Below are positions 1-14,365 of a stretch of 64,000 nt of DNA, in pieces. Source of the DNA: Octopus bimaculoides (Eukaryota); NCBI RefSeq assembly GCF_001194135.2, contig NC_068999.1, forward strand, positions 53,771,254 through 53,835,253. Reading direction: 5' to 3'. A program made the translations under genes and the position numbers. How positions within the stretch are numbered: position 1 is the first letter of the stretch; every line of letters begins with the position of its first letter. Under the pieces are notes generated by a model. It was not told the origin of the DNA. It did no database searches and saw only the letters and a program-made list of their open reading frames with translations.

Positions 1-334
1 TCAGGCATAAAATATCTAAGACTACATTATCCAATGTACTCTTTATTTTAATTTAAGATTGTGAGATGAAATTTGAGAGAACGTTGGTTCCAATACAATG
101 TCTGGTGAAAGGTGTGTAGGTTGTCTGTGAATGATGACTGTTTAAAAAAGATTATCTTCAAGAACTAAAAGTTTGAATGATCTTTGTGTGAGTATTTGGT
201 TGGAAGTAACTGAGTAGGTCATTGGCATAATGGTGAAACGGTTATCATGTAAGAGTTATGGCAGGAATGTGTAGGACATAGAAGTGATGGCAGTGGCAGT
301 GGTGGTCTGCAATTTATAGCTTATTTCTTTCAGA

Positions 335-523
335 CTATTGCGAAAGACCTGGTTGGAAGCCCATCCTTTTGAGTTCTTTTACAGGGCTTAGAAAAACTGA
401 AGGACTGCTGCAATAAGTGTGTGAATCTGAGAGGGGAATGTGTTGAATAAAATCATAATTAACTGATCTTCCTGTATTTTCTTTTACCCAAAGCCGGGAA
501 CTTTTCAGTATCTTGTCGTACAT
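335..523 (+). mobile_element. Mariner-derived non-autonomous element (transposase C-terminal remnant + 3' TIR)
   Basis: reads GLEKLKD.CNKCVNLRGECVE*, typical mariner C-terminus, then aaagccgggaacttttcag..tcgta TIR; related copy in opposite orientation at 12705-12923. Confidence 0.7.
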
Positions 524-2654
524 TATCTGAATCCTCGGACCAGATGGTCAGAGATGAAGCATCTTTTATAATAGATTGGCTGTATTAGGATTGACCTGAA
601 GCTGAGCAATTACTTCATTCTCAAATTAGTATTTTTGAAGACTATAATTGATTTTTTATGAAAATGTAATTCACATTTATGAAAAATATTCATTTTACAA
701 AAATGATTTCACTTTTATAAAAATATAAATCATTTATTTTAGACTATGATTCATTATAAGAATGCAATTCAGTTTCATGAAAATATAGTTCACCATTGAT
801 AATATATTTTTGTAAAAATTTAATTTATTTTTATGAGATTATAATTAAATTTTGATGAGAATATTATTGATGCCAGTTTTTTCTTTTACGTATTGTCTTA
901 TTAACTGTAATAATGCTATACAGTATGATGCAGACTTTCAATACTTGATACATACAAGCTTCTTGTTGTCTTTATTTCATATTGATTTTATTTCATGATT
1001 GCATGATTAGAATGGGTTTTTTACACCTTGATGTCCTTCCTAATTAACTCTGATTACATGCTCATGAGGTAAAATAGTGGAGTCTGTTTATTTGAATTCA
1101 TGCAGGTAAAGTGGAATAAATAGTTAGATGTGTTGATCAAAGGTCAGTTGTAAGATCTGAACTTATGACCATGTGGTCTGTTTTTCAGCACCGTAACCTG
1201 GCAGCCATTGTGCTGCTTGTTTAAAGAGCAAAAATTGTTTCTTTGTTGTTTTGTAGATTTTTGTTGCTAATTATCAATCTTTGTAAATGCTGTTGATGTA
1301 TGTATGTATGTATGCATGCTTGTGTATATANNNNNNNNNNGTGTGTATGTATATATATGCAATATATACGTGTGTATGTATGCATATATGTATATGTATG
1401 TATGTATGCACATATGTATATATATGTATGTACATATGTATATTTATATATATGTGTGTGTATGTATGCATGCACATATGTATATGAATCATTGGCACAG
1501 GGAATTAAAAGTTTAACACTTCTCCTTTCCTAGTAATAACTAAACTGAAGAGAAATGAGATATTTTTATTTTTGAAACAGGTAGATTGAAGCAAGTAAAA
1601 TAAGGATAATAATGGTTTCAGATTTTGGCACACGGCCAGCGATTTTAAGGAGATGGGTTAGTTCATTACATCCACACCAGTGCTCAACTGTTAGTTTTAG
1701 CTACCCTAAAAGGATTAAAGACAATGTTGATGTTGGCTGAATTTAGACTCAGAATGTAAGAACTGGCAGGAATGTGGCAACGTGTTTTGTCTGACATGCT
1801 AATGATTCTGCCAGTTTGCGACGTTGTAGCCATAATGTCGCACAACAATGACCAGCTTGATTTGAACTCGTACCTTGTAGTTCAGTTCGTAGTATCATAA
1901 CTACATGCCTCTGTTCTTTTGAATTAGCTTTCATTGGTATTGATGGAAAAATAATGACTACACTGTTATATCTCATACATACATATACAGTACACACTCA
2001 CATATTGTATAGTAAAACACAATTCAAGCAATTTAGTCTCTTTTCATCATTCACTTGTTCCCCTGACTGGAATTGAATTCATGAACTTCTAACGATTTTG
2101 TGTGTTAAGTAGTGCATGGAATAAAACAGTATGTTGTTAATAACTTAGCTAAATTAGTATATGTAGACCTAAAGTGGCAGAGCTGCTAAAAATAGTAGCT
2201 AAACCTCTTTTAAATCAGACATTATTGTTTTTATGAGGGAAAGGTCACATCAGACAATGTAGATCTGCAGATTCCTACCACCATCGGCCACAGAAACCCA
2301 TGATATACTGAAAAGTCCTCTATATAAATTTACATATATTCGCCAGAAAAATCTGCGATGTACTGAGTACACAGTAGATGAACCACTATGTACTGAGTGC
2401 ACGATAGGTGATCTGCAACATGGTGAGGGATTACTGTATTTGAATACTTTTTTCAGAGCAGTGTTCCAGCATGGCACATGGCACATAGCTCAATGGCTGA
2501 AACTAGTAAAAGAATATAAAATCTATCAAATATTTATAACTCCTAGATTCTTTTTCACTTGTACTTGTAACAAACTACACTGACCATCTGACATACAAAC
2601 AAACACTGAACTTTTGTTTCTCTGGCAATAACCCAATTTTGTTTATGATTTCAG

Positions 2655-2705
2655 CATTACTTATTCAAGCAGAAGATGAGTACACATATGCCTTTTATTT
2701 AGCTG
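2655..2705 (+). CDS. MFS transporter (probably SLC16/MCT-like), internal exon: (A)LLIQAEDEYTYAFYLA
   Basis: tttcag acceptor, gtaag donor, 51 nt phase 1-1; joins next exon to read YTYAFYLAGACLLTSATIMVLF, resembling the loop-TM12 motif (Y...FYLAG) of SLC16 transporters. Upstream exons not found in the window. Confidence 0.7.
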
Positions 2706-3169
2706 GTAAGTATCCTCATGTTATTCAAATATTTCTTACATTTTCGCAATATATTTTTTAATCCATTCTCAGCATTGCTCTGAGTAATCAAGAATTTAAT
2801 TTAATACTTGCTCAAAACCTTGGGATTGAACCTGAAATCAAGTGGGTGTGAAGGAAATTTCTTAACTACGCAGCCATGCCTGCACCTCACTTTAGATTAC
2901 CTCAAATAATTTTGATTTCCTTCACTTATCTTCCAGGAAAAGATCAGACATTTAACTGTAAGATTAAAATCTGGAGCAAATAATGTCCCATAACTCGCCA
3001 AAAACTTTGTCAAGAGAAGTCACACAAGAGTAATCTCCCTTAGCATACAAACTGTTTATAATTGCATTCATCTGAGAATAGCAGCGAGGATATTACTGGA
3101 CATGCCTGATGTAGTGCACCAAAGAATTTAAGTTATAGAAAACTTATACCTTTATTAATGAGAAAATAT

Positions 3170-3470
3170 AAACGACTATTATATTTGGGGATGGTCATAT
3201 TTTTTCCTAATTAACCACATGCACTATATATTTGGTATCCGCTTCAGCTTTATTATTATTATTCATATTTTAATGTCCTTTGTCTGAAATCTTTCGTTAT
3301 ACGTCCTGTAACCTCTGCAGTGACTCTCCATTGCATATGTCTCTGCCTGTTCTGTTTAGTTCAAGGATACTAAAATAAGAATAGTAATAAAGCCGAAATA
3401 AAGACAAAGTATATGGTATGATTGTTTAATTGGCAAAATATGACCATTCCCAAATATAACAATATCTATT
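3170..3470. repeat. Imperfect inverted repeat (about 95-bp arms), foldback/MITE-like
   Basis: ttatatttggggatggtcatatttt...ttcagctttattattattattc (3170-3265) versus reverse complement of 3375-3470. Confidence 0.6.
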
Positions 3471-4085
3471 TCAACATACAATTTCATATAAGGACTCTAA
3501 CTCGCTGCTGAACTCTAGATCTGAAATTTTCAGCAGTTGTAAGCATATGGCTAAGTTCTTGTTGATAAATTGAAAAGTGCCTCCCTCACCAAATTAAGTA
3601 ACTGAACTATAGGCTCTAAGCAACTATCTTTTTTAGCTTTATAATTCACACTGTAAGGGAAATAACTCTAATTCTCACTTTGGCCTTTCTGATTTCTTTT
3701 TCGTTTTCTGGTTTTGCAACCTTTCACCTTTTATATATACTTCTTGCCTTTTTTTGCCTTGTCTTTCAACCCATTTTTTGTTCATTATGTCATGTGGGCA
3801 GTGTCTGGTGATTGTGCTAGGACACCAGACATGCCATAAAACACTGTTTGGCATGTTCTCGACACGTGAAACTAATAGTAGCATATAAAAACGTATATTG
3901 CGTTTATTAAATAATATTTATCTCTCACCAGATGGAATATTTTTTTACCATCACAGAACAGTACACTATACACACATAGTTCAAATTCTGATTAAAATTA
4001 GACAATTTCCATCAAATTATTGATCTATATCTATATATAATCACAAAACAGCTGAAATAATTGTTGCATATATTTTTTTCTTTAG

Positions 4086-4269
4086 GTGCCTGTCTGCTGA
4101 CCAGTGCCACCATTATGGTTCTCTTTAAGTACAGACAGTGTGGATCACCGACACATTTGACCCCTTCTGAACACAAGATACCATTAATGAACACTTCCAA
4201 CGGTACTGCCACTAAATGTCCAGATCCTACCACAACCTATCGGTACTATGAGGAAGATCATATGGTTAT
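4086..4269 (+). CDS. MFS/SLC16-like transporter exon: GACLLTSATIMVLFKYRQCGSP...YEEDHMV (TM12 and start of cytosolic tail)
   Basis: tttag acceptor, gtaagt donor at 4270, 184 nt phase 1-2; matches ORF track 4061..4273. Confidence 0.8.
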
Positions 4270-5778
4270 GTAAGTATTCACCAAAGTCTTTTGTCTTTGA
4301 CTTATTCTCCTATGAGGTTTTATGCTCCTTGACCTGATTTTGGAAGCAATCATCCCTAATCTGCTTTTTTGTTGTTGTTTTTAACATATTTACATCTGTT
4401 TTACCTCAACTAACATAGATTTCAAATTTTCTGCAAGTTGTCATATGTTGCATGAATCCTCTAAGGAATCTTTTTTAAGAATTGGTATGACCTTTTCCAA
4501 ACTCTGAGCAAACAACTACAAAAAGTCTTTAGATGCCAACCTACCTGTGACCATTTCTGGTTCTGTGAGACAAATTTCATGTTAAAACATGATCTAAATT
4601 AAAACTTGCACCAAACTTTCATGTTATGTTCCAGACATCAGCTTAGTAACAACAAAGTTGTTTCACTGAATTCTTTGTTATTTTCAAAATTAATCGAAAC
4701 AAAAGCAGTGTTTGCCAACAGAAGTGTGGTAATGAAAAGGTTAACCTATTTATAACATAAGAAGGCCTTAGCTTCCCAAAGAGTACAGTACAATATTTTC
4801 TGTAAAATGTGGATTTTTGATGACCAAGTCATTTTGATTTTTTTACCTATTAGTTTCTCTCCCCCCGCCCCCGGTCTTGATTTTCAGTTCATTCAATGTG
4901 ACTGACTTTGCTAGTTGTTTCATTTGGTCTTGTTATGTTATTAATATGTTACGGCTACAGAACAGATATTACATTTTTGGTCTTGATTGTTACCTGCAAG
5001 ACAATATGCATGTTACTAATCACATGTCATGAAATTAATTGATAGATTATTACTAACAGCTAACTTCTGTGTTTCACAGAATCACTCTCTACTGTGCTCA
5101 GTAAAGCCTAGAAACAAGAACATCTGTATATGGTAGCTCTACATGCTAGAAAAAGCAGCTAATTTCTATGCACTCACATCGTATAATCTTAAATAAAGGA
5201 TACATTGAACAAATGTAGATTTAGCTATACAAAAAAGACGAGGGTCAAAGCTGGATGGTTTTTGATCGAGGCAAAAAAAAAAAGAACAAACAAAAAAAAG
5301 ACTAATATCTTTTGAACTAAGAGCAGGAGCTGATCTCTGTGAATTTGAGCTTATTGGATAAGTTTTTTTCATAACATGATATTGTATATCACCTGATATA
5401 CCACAGCATATCACGGCTGACACACACACATCATAGTCTACTGTCACCAGTCTTAAAGTATTAAATCAGCATTTAATTAACAATGAGATCATCATCAGGT
5501 TCACTGAGAATACTGCCATTTGTAAGCTGTTTATATGTTTATTAAGGACATTACCATTTGGCATTAAAGATATCAGAATGTTCATTGATTGAGAACACTG
5601 CCATTTGAACCATTAAGGATATCAAATTTCAGGATAGTATTATAGTAAGATTTAAAATCTTACTTGTCAGTTTCAAACCTTTGTTCGTTGTTGTGGACAG
5701 TTATATTTCCCTCAGTGTGTAACTATGTTTTCTATCAGATATATGTTAAGGAAACATATTTTCTCCTATCACTAACAG

Positions 5779-5833
5779 GCAAAAATCTGGAATGTACAGT
5801 TTATCAGCGTCAACAGAAACAAACCTGGAACTG
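5779..5833 (+). CDS. MFS/SLC16-like transporter tail exon: (M)QKSGMYSLSASTETNLEL
   Basis: ctaacag acceptor with branch-like CTAAC, gtgagt donor, 55 nt phase 2-0, open in the frame set by the previous exon. Confidence 0.7.
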
Positions 5834-6743
5834 GTGAGTCACACACACTCACACTCACACTCACACTCACATATACTACTCACAGCACTTTTGTCATTGC
5901 ATTTCCATTGTCGTTATTTTGCTAATTAATCATTCATTCAGCTTGTCTTTGGTGTCAGCATAGAACTAATTTTTTTTTTTATTACTGTTGTTGGTTTTGG
6001 TGTTGTTATTGTTTCAGTATTGGATTATTATTTTTAATTTTTTTGTTTTAGAGATTTATTTTTGGTTGATTTGTGTGTGTGTGTGTGTGTGTGTGTGTTT
6101 GGTTTCTTCTATGAATATTCATTTTTTTTTTTTTAGATTTTTTTTTATTTTCTTGATTACATTTACAGATACTGTTTTATATCAATGTTGTTATTATTAT
6201 TGTTAATGTGGTGGCAAGGGCAGCAGTAGCAGTAATGGTTTCTCAGTGAATCAAATCTAAATCTGCCATCTGGTTTCATTCTCAGTTGAGACTGCTTTTC
6301 TTTGCTTTATGTCACTAAGACTGTGCCTTTGTAATAAACAAGTGAGTTGTGCTGAGAAATATATAAACTTTATATCCAGTATACACAATTCAGGCAGCAT
6401 GTAAGTAAAATACCCATCCATGTATCATACATAGTATATACACAGTTGATAGGCCAGTTACTGCAGTAGTTAGCCTAAGATAACATCTTTTATGGATTTG
6501 CTGTGTTAAAAACACAATATATATCAGAACAAGATAAAAACTCCTACCAGCAGTGGCCAGCAAGTACATTAGATGCATTCCATCCCTTTTAGGCCTTTTC
6601 AGTGGCAAGTACTTCTAGCCAGCCACATGCTCAGCCAACGGGACAAATACTGAAGTTACTAACCTATCAACAGTATGTATACATAAAGTATGTTATATAG
6701 ATAGCTATAGAGTAAGTCGTGGTATCATGTGAAAGCTATAGAT

Positions 6744-7073
6744 AAGGGGTTCTCAACCTTTTTGTATCTATGGACCCCTTTGATTACTATTCTATTCTGG
6801 TGGACCCCCACAGCCATTCAGTGTTTAAAAACTAGTTTTATAGAAACTTCTTTCAAACTTCCTATTTTGTTTTTCACACATTAACTTGTGTAGGTTGAAA
6901 CTATGTAAAATGTTAGAGAAAGAAACCTAGCTGTTTCTTGCAATACATATCAATACATACATCTGACGCATAATTTTTTCAGAGGTCCTTCAAGTACTCT
7001 TGTAGATCCCCAATTTACTATTTGGTTGCATAGACCCCAAAACTCTTATATGGACCCTGGTTGAGAACCACTG
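6744..7073. mobile_element. hAT (Charlie-like) MITE
   Basis: TIRs (A)AGGGGTTCTCAACC / GGTTGAGAACCACTG flanked by an 8-bp target-site duplication CTATAGAT (6736-6743 and 7074-7081). Confidence 0.85.
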
Positions 7074-8061
7074 CTATAGATGGTCAAATTGACAAGGTAT
7101 CTGGCAACCAAGTAAGCAAGTGGTCAGCAGTTCAGATTTCATTATTGGAATCTGTCCATAGTCAAAACATTTCTTCATTCAATCATTTGGACAGGGCATC
7201 ATTTCTTATTTCATTTGCATTCTAGAATAGGTTAGACAAATACATATCATTTTAATATTCTCATGGGGTTTCCTGTGAGGGAGCCATCATTTTGGGAGAG
7301 TGGTCCTTGAGGCTGTTAGTTTGGAAAACTTACAGAAAGCTTAAGAGTTTGACTTGATATTTTCTATAATCCAGGCTTCTTCAGCTGCTCTCGCCTTTTC
7401 CTTTTAAATCTATTTTATGGAACTGCTTGCATCGTAACTTTTTCTCACATCAAACTCACATCTGTTGTTGCTATCATTGTTTAAATTGATAGCAAAAATT
7501 GATTGTTTTGGCTTTTCCTTTTGCTATTCATTGTTCAAGACATTGTTACCATTGATGCTACTGTTGCTATTTTCACCACTGATGCTATCATTGTTGCTTT
7601 GGTTATCACTGTTGCTATTGACTGTTGATAACAACATTGCTCTTGATAATGATATTGCTATTTCTGTTACTAATGCTGTAACTGTTGCTTTGGTCATGGC
7701 TCTGGCTATTGGCCATTATTAACAATGTTGTTATTTCTGCCACTGGTACCATCATTGTAGCTATTGCTATTAATGCTAATGTGCCTAACGCTATTGCCAC
7801 TATGCAATTGTTGTTGCTATTGATGTAGCTGCTTTTATCTCTCTTCTTGTTGTTGTGTTTTGTTAAGTAAACATGCATGATTGATTTTCTTTTGTAGCTC
7901 TCCTCTTTGCTCTCCATTTGTCTGTGAATACAAACATAAAAGGCAGCAATTCTGAAACCCTAATAATTCCTGGGAAAATCTGAAACAAATCTTTCACTCT
8001 GATATAGAAATATGATATTAATTTTAATTTTAGCTTGCTCTCTCTCTCTCTNNNNNNNNNN

Positions 8062-8114
<53 letters not shown>

Positions 8115-9999
8115 GGTGCTTATAATTTCTAATATAACTACATATCAAAAATCTAAGTATTTGATTCATTGATTATTTCTCAACATAAACATTGAGGTGG
8201 AGTCCCTATTGTATTGGACATTATATAATATTTAACCCCTTAGCATTTAAACTGGCAATATATGGCCCAAATATTCTCCTTGTTTTATGTTCAGAACAGC
8301 CTGATCCAGACTCCTGCACCTACCCTGTAACGTCACATCATAAAAACCTTGAATCCTTGAGATAATGCATGATTAATTCAAAACAATATGAATGAATAAA
8401 TAAGCATTACATTTCATAGAGTAATATGAATGCCAGAAGGTTACATATGGAGTATAAAGTGTCCTACTACACTGTGGCTCTAAGTAACAGACCAGTCATC
8501 ATGTCAAGAACAAGATAGCGTATATAAAAGGATTGGAAACAATTGTAGAGAGAGGTTGCAACATTGCAACAAAAGCAATATGATAAATTTAGTCCAAAAC
8601 ATATTTCTTACAGCAGAGCTACAGATATTTTAGTTACCAATACCCTAAGAAGTATTAACCAAGGATTTCATTCTTTCTTTCTGTCTGTCTTTTGTTTAAT
8701 TTTTTTTTTAATAATATTGATCTCAAGTTTTCACACAAGACCAGTAATTCCAAGGTAGCTTGATTACATCACCCCCACCCCCACCCCCAGTGCTCAGCTG
8801 GTACTTTTTTTATTGACCCCCCAAAAGGATGGAAGGTAAAGTTGACCTCAGTCTAATTTGAAGTCAGAATGTGAAGACAGGCAAAATGCCACCAAGTATT
8901 TTGCCTGGTGTGCCACCGATTCTGCCAGCTCACCCCCTTTCACGCACTGGAATTAGTTTGCACATAACACAAAATACAAAAATACAACAGTTGGGAGACA
9001 TTCATTGATTCATGCTATACTTTCTCTTCAAAACCATTGAATGTGAAACTAAGGAAGCCAGTTCTGTATTTGATGACAATCAGAAATGATTTATTAATAA
9101 CTTGGTTTAATACTGTTCTTTTATCATTTGGCTTTTGATGTATGATTGCTACATCAATCTAAAAAAGGCTGAAAATATTAAGAACTCGGTAGGAAAGGTT
9201 TAATGATACACAAAATTTAATGCAAACGATCATGTTAAAGGCAGAAGACCTCTGAAAAGTAATATAAAGGACTAAGCCCTTATTTAGTAAAACACTAAAA
9301 TTGAAATGTATCTAATAGAGGAAAATGTAATTAAAATTTTATGGAAAATAACTGAAATTTAATATGGGATGCTACTTGGTGAATTGTATTTTATTTATAT
9401 TTTGCTTGCTTGAACTAGATTTTTATTTTCCTTTTGTTATCTTTTAACTTTGTTTTCATGCTAACATTATTAACTATGTTTATAAATCATGTACTTGTTG
9501 TGGCATTACTGGGGTAACAGAATTGGTAGTGATCAACAGACAAAATGCCTTGCAGTATTTAATTACATTCAAACATCTCCCACCATCTGTGTGTGTGTGT
9601 GTGTGTGTACACATGTGTATCACAATTGTTTTAACGTTCACTTTTTATGCTTGTATGGATCAGATGGAATGTGTTGAGGCACAATTTTTAAAGCCAAACT
9701 TCCTGTTGCCAGTCCTCACCTGCTTTCAACCAAGGTGATAAATGTCCTGGTCTATCAGACAATGAACAGCCTGGTTGTAGTTATATATGGAAACAAACAA
9801 CACCGTTTGAATGAGCCTTTTGCTTATAAAGACTATACATTTCAAGATACGTTAAGAAGCCCAGACATGCTTCCATAGTTGTCTGTAAGCAAAGGACACT
9901 GTTTGTATTGGCAGTGAGGCAGTTTACATTCAGTAAACACACTTGAAGACAAAGGAAAATAAATCTCTCTCTCTCTCTCACACACACATACATACATAC

Positions 10000-10049
<50 letters not shown>

Positions 10050-11872
10050 GTATAGATAGATATGTATGTATAGATAGATATACTTGGTTAGTTACATTAC
10101 AGTATGGTAAGGTATACCACATCATTAGCAGGCCATAAAAAGGCACCTAAAGTGGCACCTTGGACAAATGGTAGCAACCCCTTAGCCTCCCATGCCAGGG
10201 ATACGGTGAAGACATTGCCAGCAGAATGTTGGATAACTGTCAAGGCAGAGGAGTCCTAGACCAACAGCTTGAAGGTTATCACTGCCAAGCAGAAGATCTG
10301 TACCATCAGACAATAGTTAGGCACCAAATAGCAAGTCTACCATACTCATTGCACTCTTTTATACCACATAGTACCTGAGTTGGAAGCCCAGAGAGGTAGT
10401 CTGGTGAGGTGGGAGAGATGATGCCAGCTTCCTTACTTACTGTCCAAGGCATTTTGTTAATTTGAAGAGAACAGTCAACTTTGACCTATGACGAACTGCT
10501 GACAACGATGAGGTTAGTCACCTCGAGTAGCATGGATGAAGAATTAGATCACCAAATTAAAATGATTTTGTTCAGCAAATTATTCAGTTAATAAACAAAA
10601 GCTGGGAAATGAGAAATTTACAGGCATTTAATCAAAGATTTTTTTTAAATTGGATATCACCATACTTCTATATATACAGCATTCCATATTTTCTGCAAAG
10701 AGAAGTACACAAAAAGATTGTTGTCATTTCTTTGACTAGCACATCTTGTATAAAGTTAACCACAAGAGAAGCAGTCTTCTTTTAATTGCACAAGAGAAGC
10801 AGTCTTCTTGTAAATTCAGTGATTTTTTGATCAATATGGCAAAACATAATTTTACAGGAATTTGTAAGTGCTTAAATCAAAATGGTATCACTGTTATTAT
10901 TTTATATATCTTAGAAATAACTGTCGTTTCCTTTGCTACAACCAATTTGAATTTGTGCTTCAATGTCATGAGGCTGTAATGCTTTTATTATTGATTTGTA
11001 CCATTTCAGAGCTTATGCTGAACTAAATTTTGTAAAGTATTATAGGAGCTCCTTTCCTGCTCTACAGCATGATACCTGTTTCTGTTCCTCTGTCATATTT
11101 GAGCCTCTTGACACCTGGCACAAAGCCACCTTCCCCAATATTGCACCCTATCTCTGTAAAGTGGCTGGTAATAAGAAGGGCATCCAGCCATAGAAACCTT
11201 GCCAAAGCAGACACTGGAGCTCAATGCAGTCCTTTGGGTGGTCATATCCAACTTATGTCAGCATGGAATACAGATGTTAAATGATGATGATGTTGTGTAT
11301 ATTTGTGTCTCCTTGTCTTGACATCATGCAACAGATGTAACTGAACATCACTGTCATACAAATGGTGTCATTCATTTCCAATCTTCTGTGGTTTCAAAGC
11401 AGGTGCGGGTTAGCAATAGGAGGGACATCAACCATAGACTATCTTCCTCACGTGAATTCCATCTAACCTCTGCAAGCATGGAAAAATGTACGTATATTAA
11501 AATGATGTATGGTGTATATGTGCTTGTGTTTAGCATACATAAATACAAACAAGATGTTCAAAACAGAACTCAGTGTGTGAAGGAGTGATTTGTTTGTGGT
11601 TGTTAGAGCTAGCACCTCACATTTAGTTATTCAAATTTCACATTTCCAATCACCTAACTAGATACAAAGTGATTTGTATTCAGTTTGATGATCAAGAACA
11701 CTTAATTCATATAAGCAGTCGTGAGGTGCTGGTTGTAATAATTATATAAATATAGATATAAGTGTGTGTGTGTGTGTATGAAACTTGTAAAACTTATTAC
11801 TTAATTACTCTTGATATTTTTGTTAGGTTTTGAATATTAAATTTACAAATATCTAAGAATATTTATATATAT

Positions 11873-11943
<71 letters not shown>

Positions 11944-11971
11944 CACACACACATCTATGTACACATATACG

Positions 11972-12021
<50 letters not shown>

Positions 12022-12044
12022 AATATATATATATGCATATATAG

Positions 12045-12212
12045 AGATAATCAGAAAATAGAGAAAACTTCAGATCAACAAACAAATCAATTGGACCACA
12101 TCTGTCACATAAATGTTATGTCACGTTTTGTATTAAATAATAAGCTACGGACATGGTTCAATTGATTTGTTTATTGATCTGAAGTTTTCTCCATTTTCTG
12201 GTTATCTATATT
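12045..12212. mobile_element. Foldback MITE with about 55-bp terminal inverted repeats
   Basis: ataatcagaaaatagagaaaacttcagatcaacaaacaaatcaattggaccac versus its near reverse complement at 12160-12212; embedded in TA runs. Confidence 0.7.
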
Positions 12213-12704
12213 TGATTCCTGATAAACTTTTGTTTATTCTGTTGCTACCTGTACTCTATGAGCATAGTTTGCCTGCATACCCACGTTTAGAATAGAGGCA
12301 GCTGATGAAGGAAAAGTTCCATACGTGGCTTGTCTGTTTTCCTATGTGTTCATTCTGTTGTCCGTAAAAAAAGGGTTTTTTTTGTGCTTTGTTTATGTTC
12401 CCATTCCTTTTTTGACGTCCTGTACCCGGATATGCATCTATATATACATGTAGATGTAGGTATGTACATATATGTATGTATATATGCATATGCTCACATA
12501 TCATTTGTATTATTATATTATCGAATGTCACGCATCCATTTGCATATATATATANNNNNNNNNNNNNNNNNNNNNNNNNNNNNNNNNNNNNNNNNNNNNN
12601 NNNNNNNNNNNNNNNNNNNNNNNNNNNNNNNNNNNNNNNNNNNNNNNNNNNNNNNNNNNNNNNNTATATATTTATATATTCATACACATCCATACATATA
12701 CCCA

Positions 12705-12923
12705 CACAAGGTGATGCTGAAAAGATCCTGGCTTTGGGTAAAAGAAAATACAGGAGGATCAATTAATTATGATTTTGTTCAACATATTCCCCTTCTCAGA
12801 TTCACACACTTATTGCAATGGTCCTTCAGTTTTTCTAAACCCTGTAGAACTCACAAGGTTGGGTCTCCAACCAAGCCTTCTGCAATACCCTTAAAGCCTG
12901 GAACTTTGCAGCACCCCCTCGTA
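12705..12923 (-). mobile_element. Mariner-derived MITE with both TIRs
   Basis: ends gtgatgctgaaaagatcctggcttt ... aaagcctggaactttgcagcaccccctcgta are inverted repeats; body homologous to 335-523. Confidence 0.75.
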
Positions 12924-13002
12924 ATGTATTTGCATTTGTCACCCTTACTCTTTTATTAATAAATGTATCAATAATTGTTTTTTCTTTTCTTTCTTTGTAC
13001 AG

Positions 13003-13104
13003 CGAGACAGTCATAGTAAGTGTTTAGCACACATCCCAACGTCAGCGATATACTGCGCAGGCAAGCCCTCCACAATCACAGACCAAACCAGAGTGTGTGT
13101 ATAG
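13003..13104 (+). CDS. MFS/SLC16-like transporter terminal exon: RDSHSKCLAHIPTSAIYCAGKPSTITDQTRVCV*
   Basis: long pyrimidine tract + tacag acceptor; phase 0 frame open for 33 codons to TAG 13102-13104; followed by AT-rich UTR-like sequence with AATAAA motifs (about 13156, 13482). Confidence 0.65.
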   Translation, partial: RDSHSKCLAHIPTSAIYCAGKPSTITDQTRVCV

Positions 13105-13543
13105 AAGATAAATCCCAGAAAAAAAATATAAATATATACAAAGAAAAAATACAACAATAAAAACTGAACAACTTTCTTCATGCTTTGTCCATATTTTTCT
13201 CTTCTCAATCACTCCTTTCTTTGTGATTGAGGAATTTTGATGTCCAACCATCATATTTTATCTGCATGGAGTCATTTTATTCAAATTGACCAACCAGCGG
13301 CAAAAAATTACCAAAATTAATAACAACAATAACAAGATTGATAATCACAGAAAAAAAAAAAACCTAACACCCATGATGACCACCACCTCAGAGAGAGCTC
13401 TTTTTTTTTATATATATAAAAACTGGATATTTCTGATTTGTCTTTTATTTCTTGTTGTGGGTGAATATCAAATTATCAGGGAATAAATCACTAACATCAC
13501 ATACACACACCTACACTATCAAATATACATTATATATATATAT

Positions 13544-14329
13544 NNNNNNNNNNNNNNNNNNNNNNNNNNNNNNNNNNNNNNNNNNNNNNNNNNNNNNNNN
13601 NNNNNNNNNNNNNNNNNNNNNNNNNNNNNNNNNNNNNNNNNNNNNNNNNNNNNNNNNNNNNNNNNNNNNNNNNNNNNNNNNNNNNNNNNNNNNNNNNNNN
13701 NNNNNNNNNNNNNNNNNNNNNNNNNNNNNNNNNNNNNNNNNNNNNNNNNNNNNNNNNNNNNNNNNNNNNNNNNNNNNNNNNNNNNNNNNNNNNNNNNNNN
13801 NNNNNNNNNNNNNNNNNNNNNNNNNNNNNNNNNNNNNNNNNNNNNNNNNNNNNNNNNNNNNNNNNNNNNNNNNNNNNNNNNNNNNNNNNNNNNNNNNNNN
13901 NNNNNNNNNNNNNNNNNNNNNNNNNNNNNNNNNNNNNNNNNNNNNNNNNNNNNNNNNNNNNNNNNNNNNNNNNNNNNNNNNNNNNNNNNNNNNNNNNNNN
14001 NNNNNNNNNNNNNNNNNNNNNNNNNNNNNNNNNNNNNNNNNNNNNNNNNNNNNNNNNNNNNNNNNNNNNNNNNNNNNNNNNNNNNNNNNNNNNNNNNNNN
14101 NNNNNNNNNNNNNNNNNNNNNNNNNNNNNNNNNNNNNNNNNNNNNNNNNNNNNNNNNNNNNNNNNNNNNNNNNNNNNNNNNNNNNNNNNNNNNNNNNNNN
14201 NNNNNNNNNNNNNNNNNNNNNNNNNNNNNNNNNNNNNNNNNNNNNNNNNNNNNNNNNNNNNNNNNNNNNNNNNNNNNNNNNNNNNNNNNNNNNNNNNNNN
14301 NNNNNNNNNNNNNNNNNNNNNNNNNNNNN

Positions 14330-14330
<1 letters not shown>
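13544..14330. other. Assembly gap (N run), largest of seven
   Basis: other gaps 1331-1340, 8052-8061, 12555-12664, 17622-17637, 36376-36828, 52966-52981; mostly bordered by simple repeats. Confidence 1.

Positions 14331-14365
<35 letters not shown>

Noticed and set aside
1060-1240. Candidate upstream transporter exons (gcag|gtaaag at about 1105; tttcag at about 1188)
   Set aside because: In-frame stop before the first, no donor or transporter-like translation after the second
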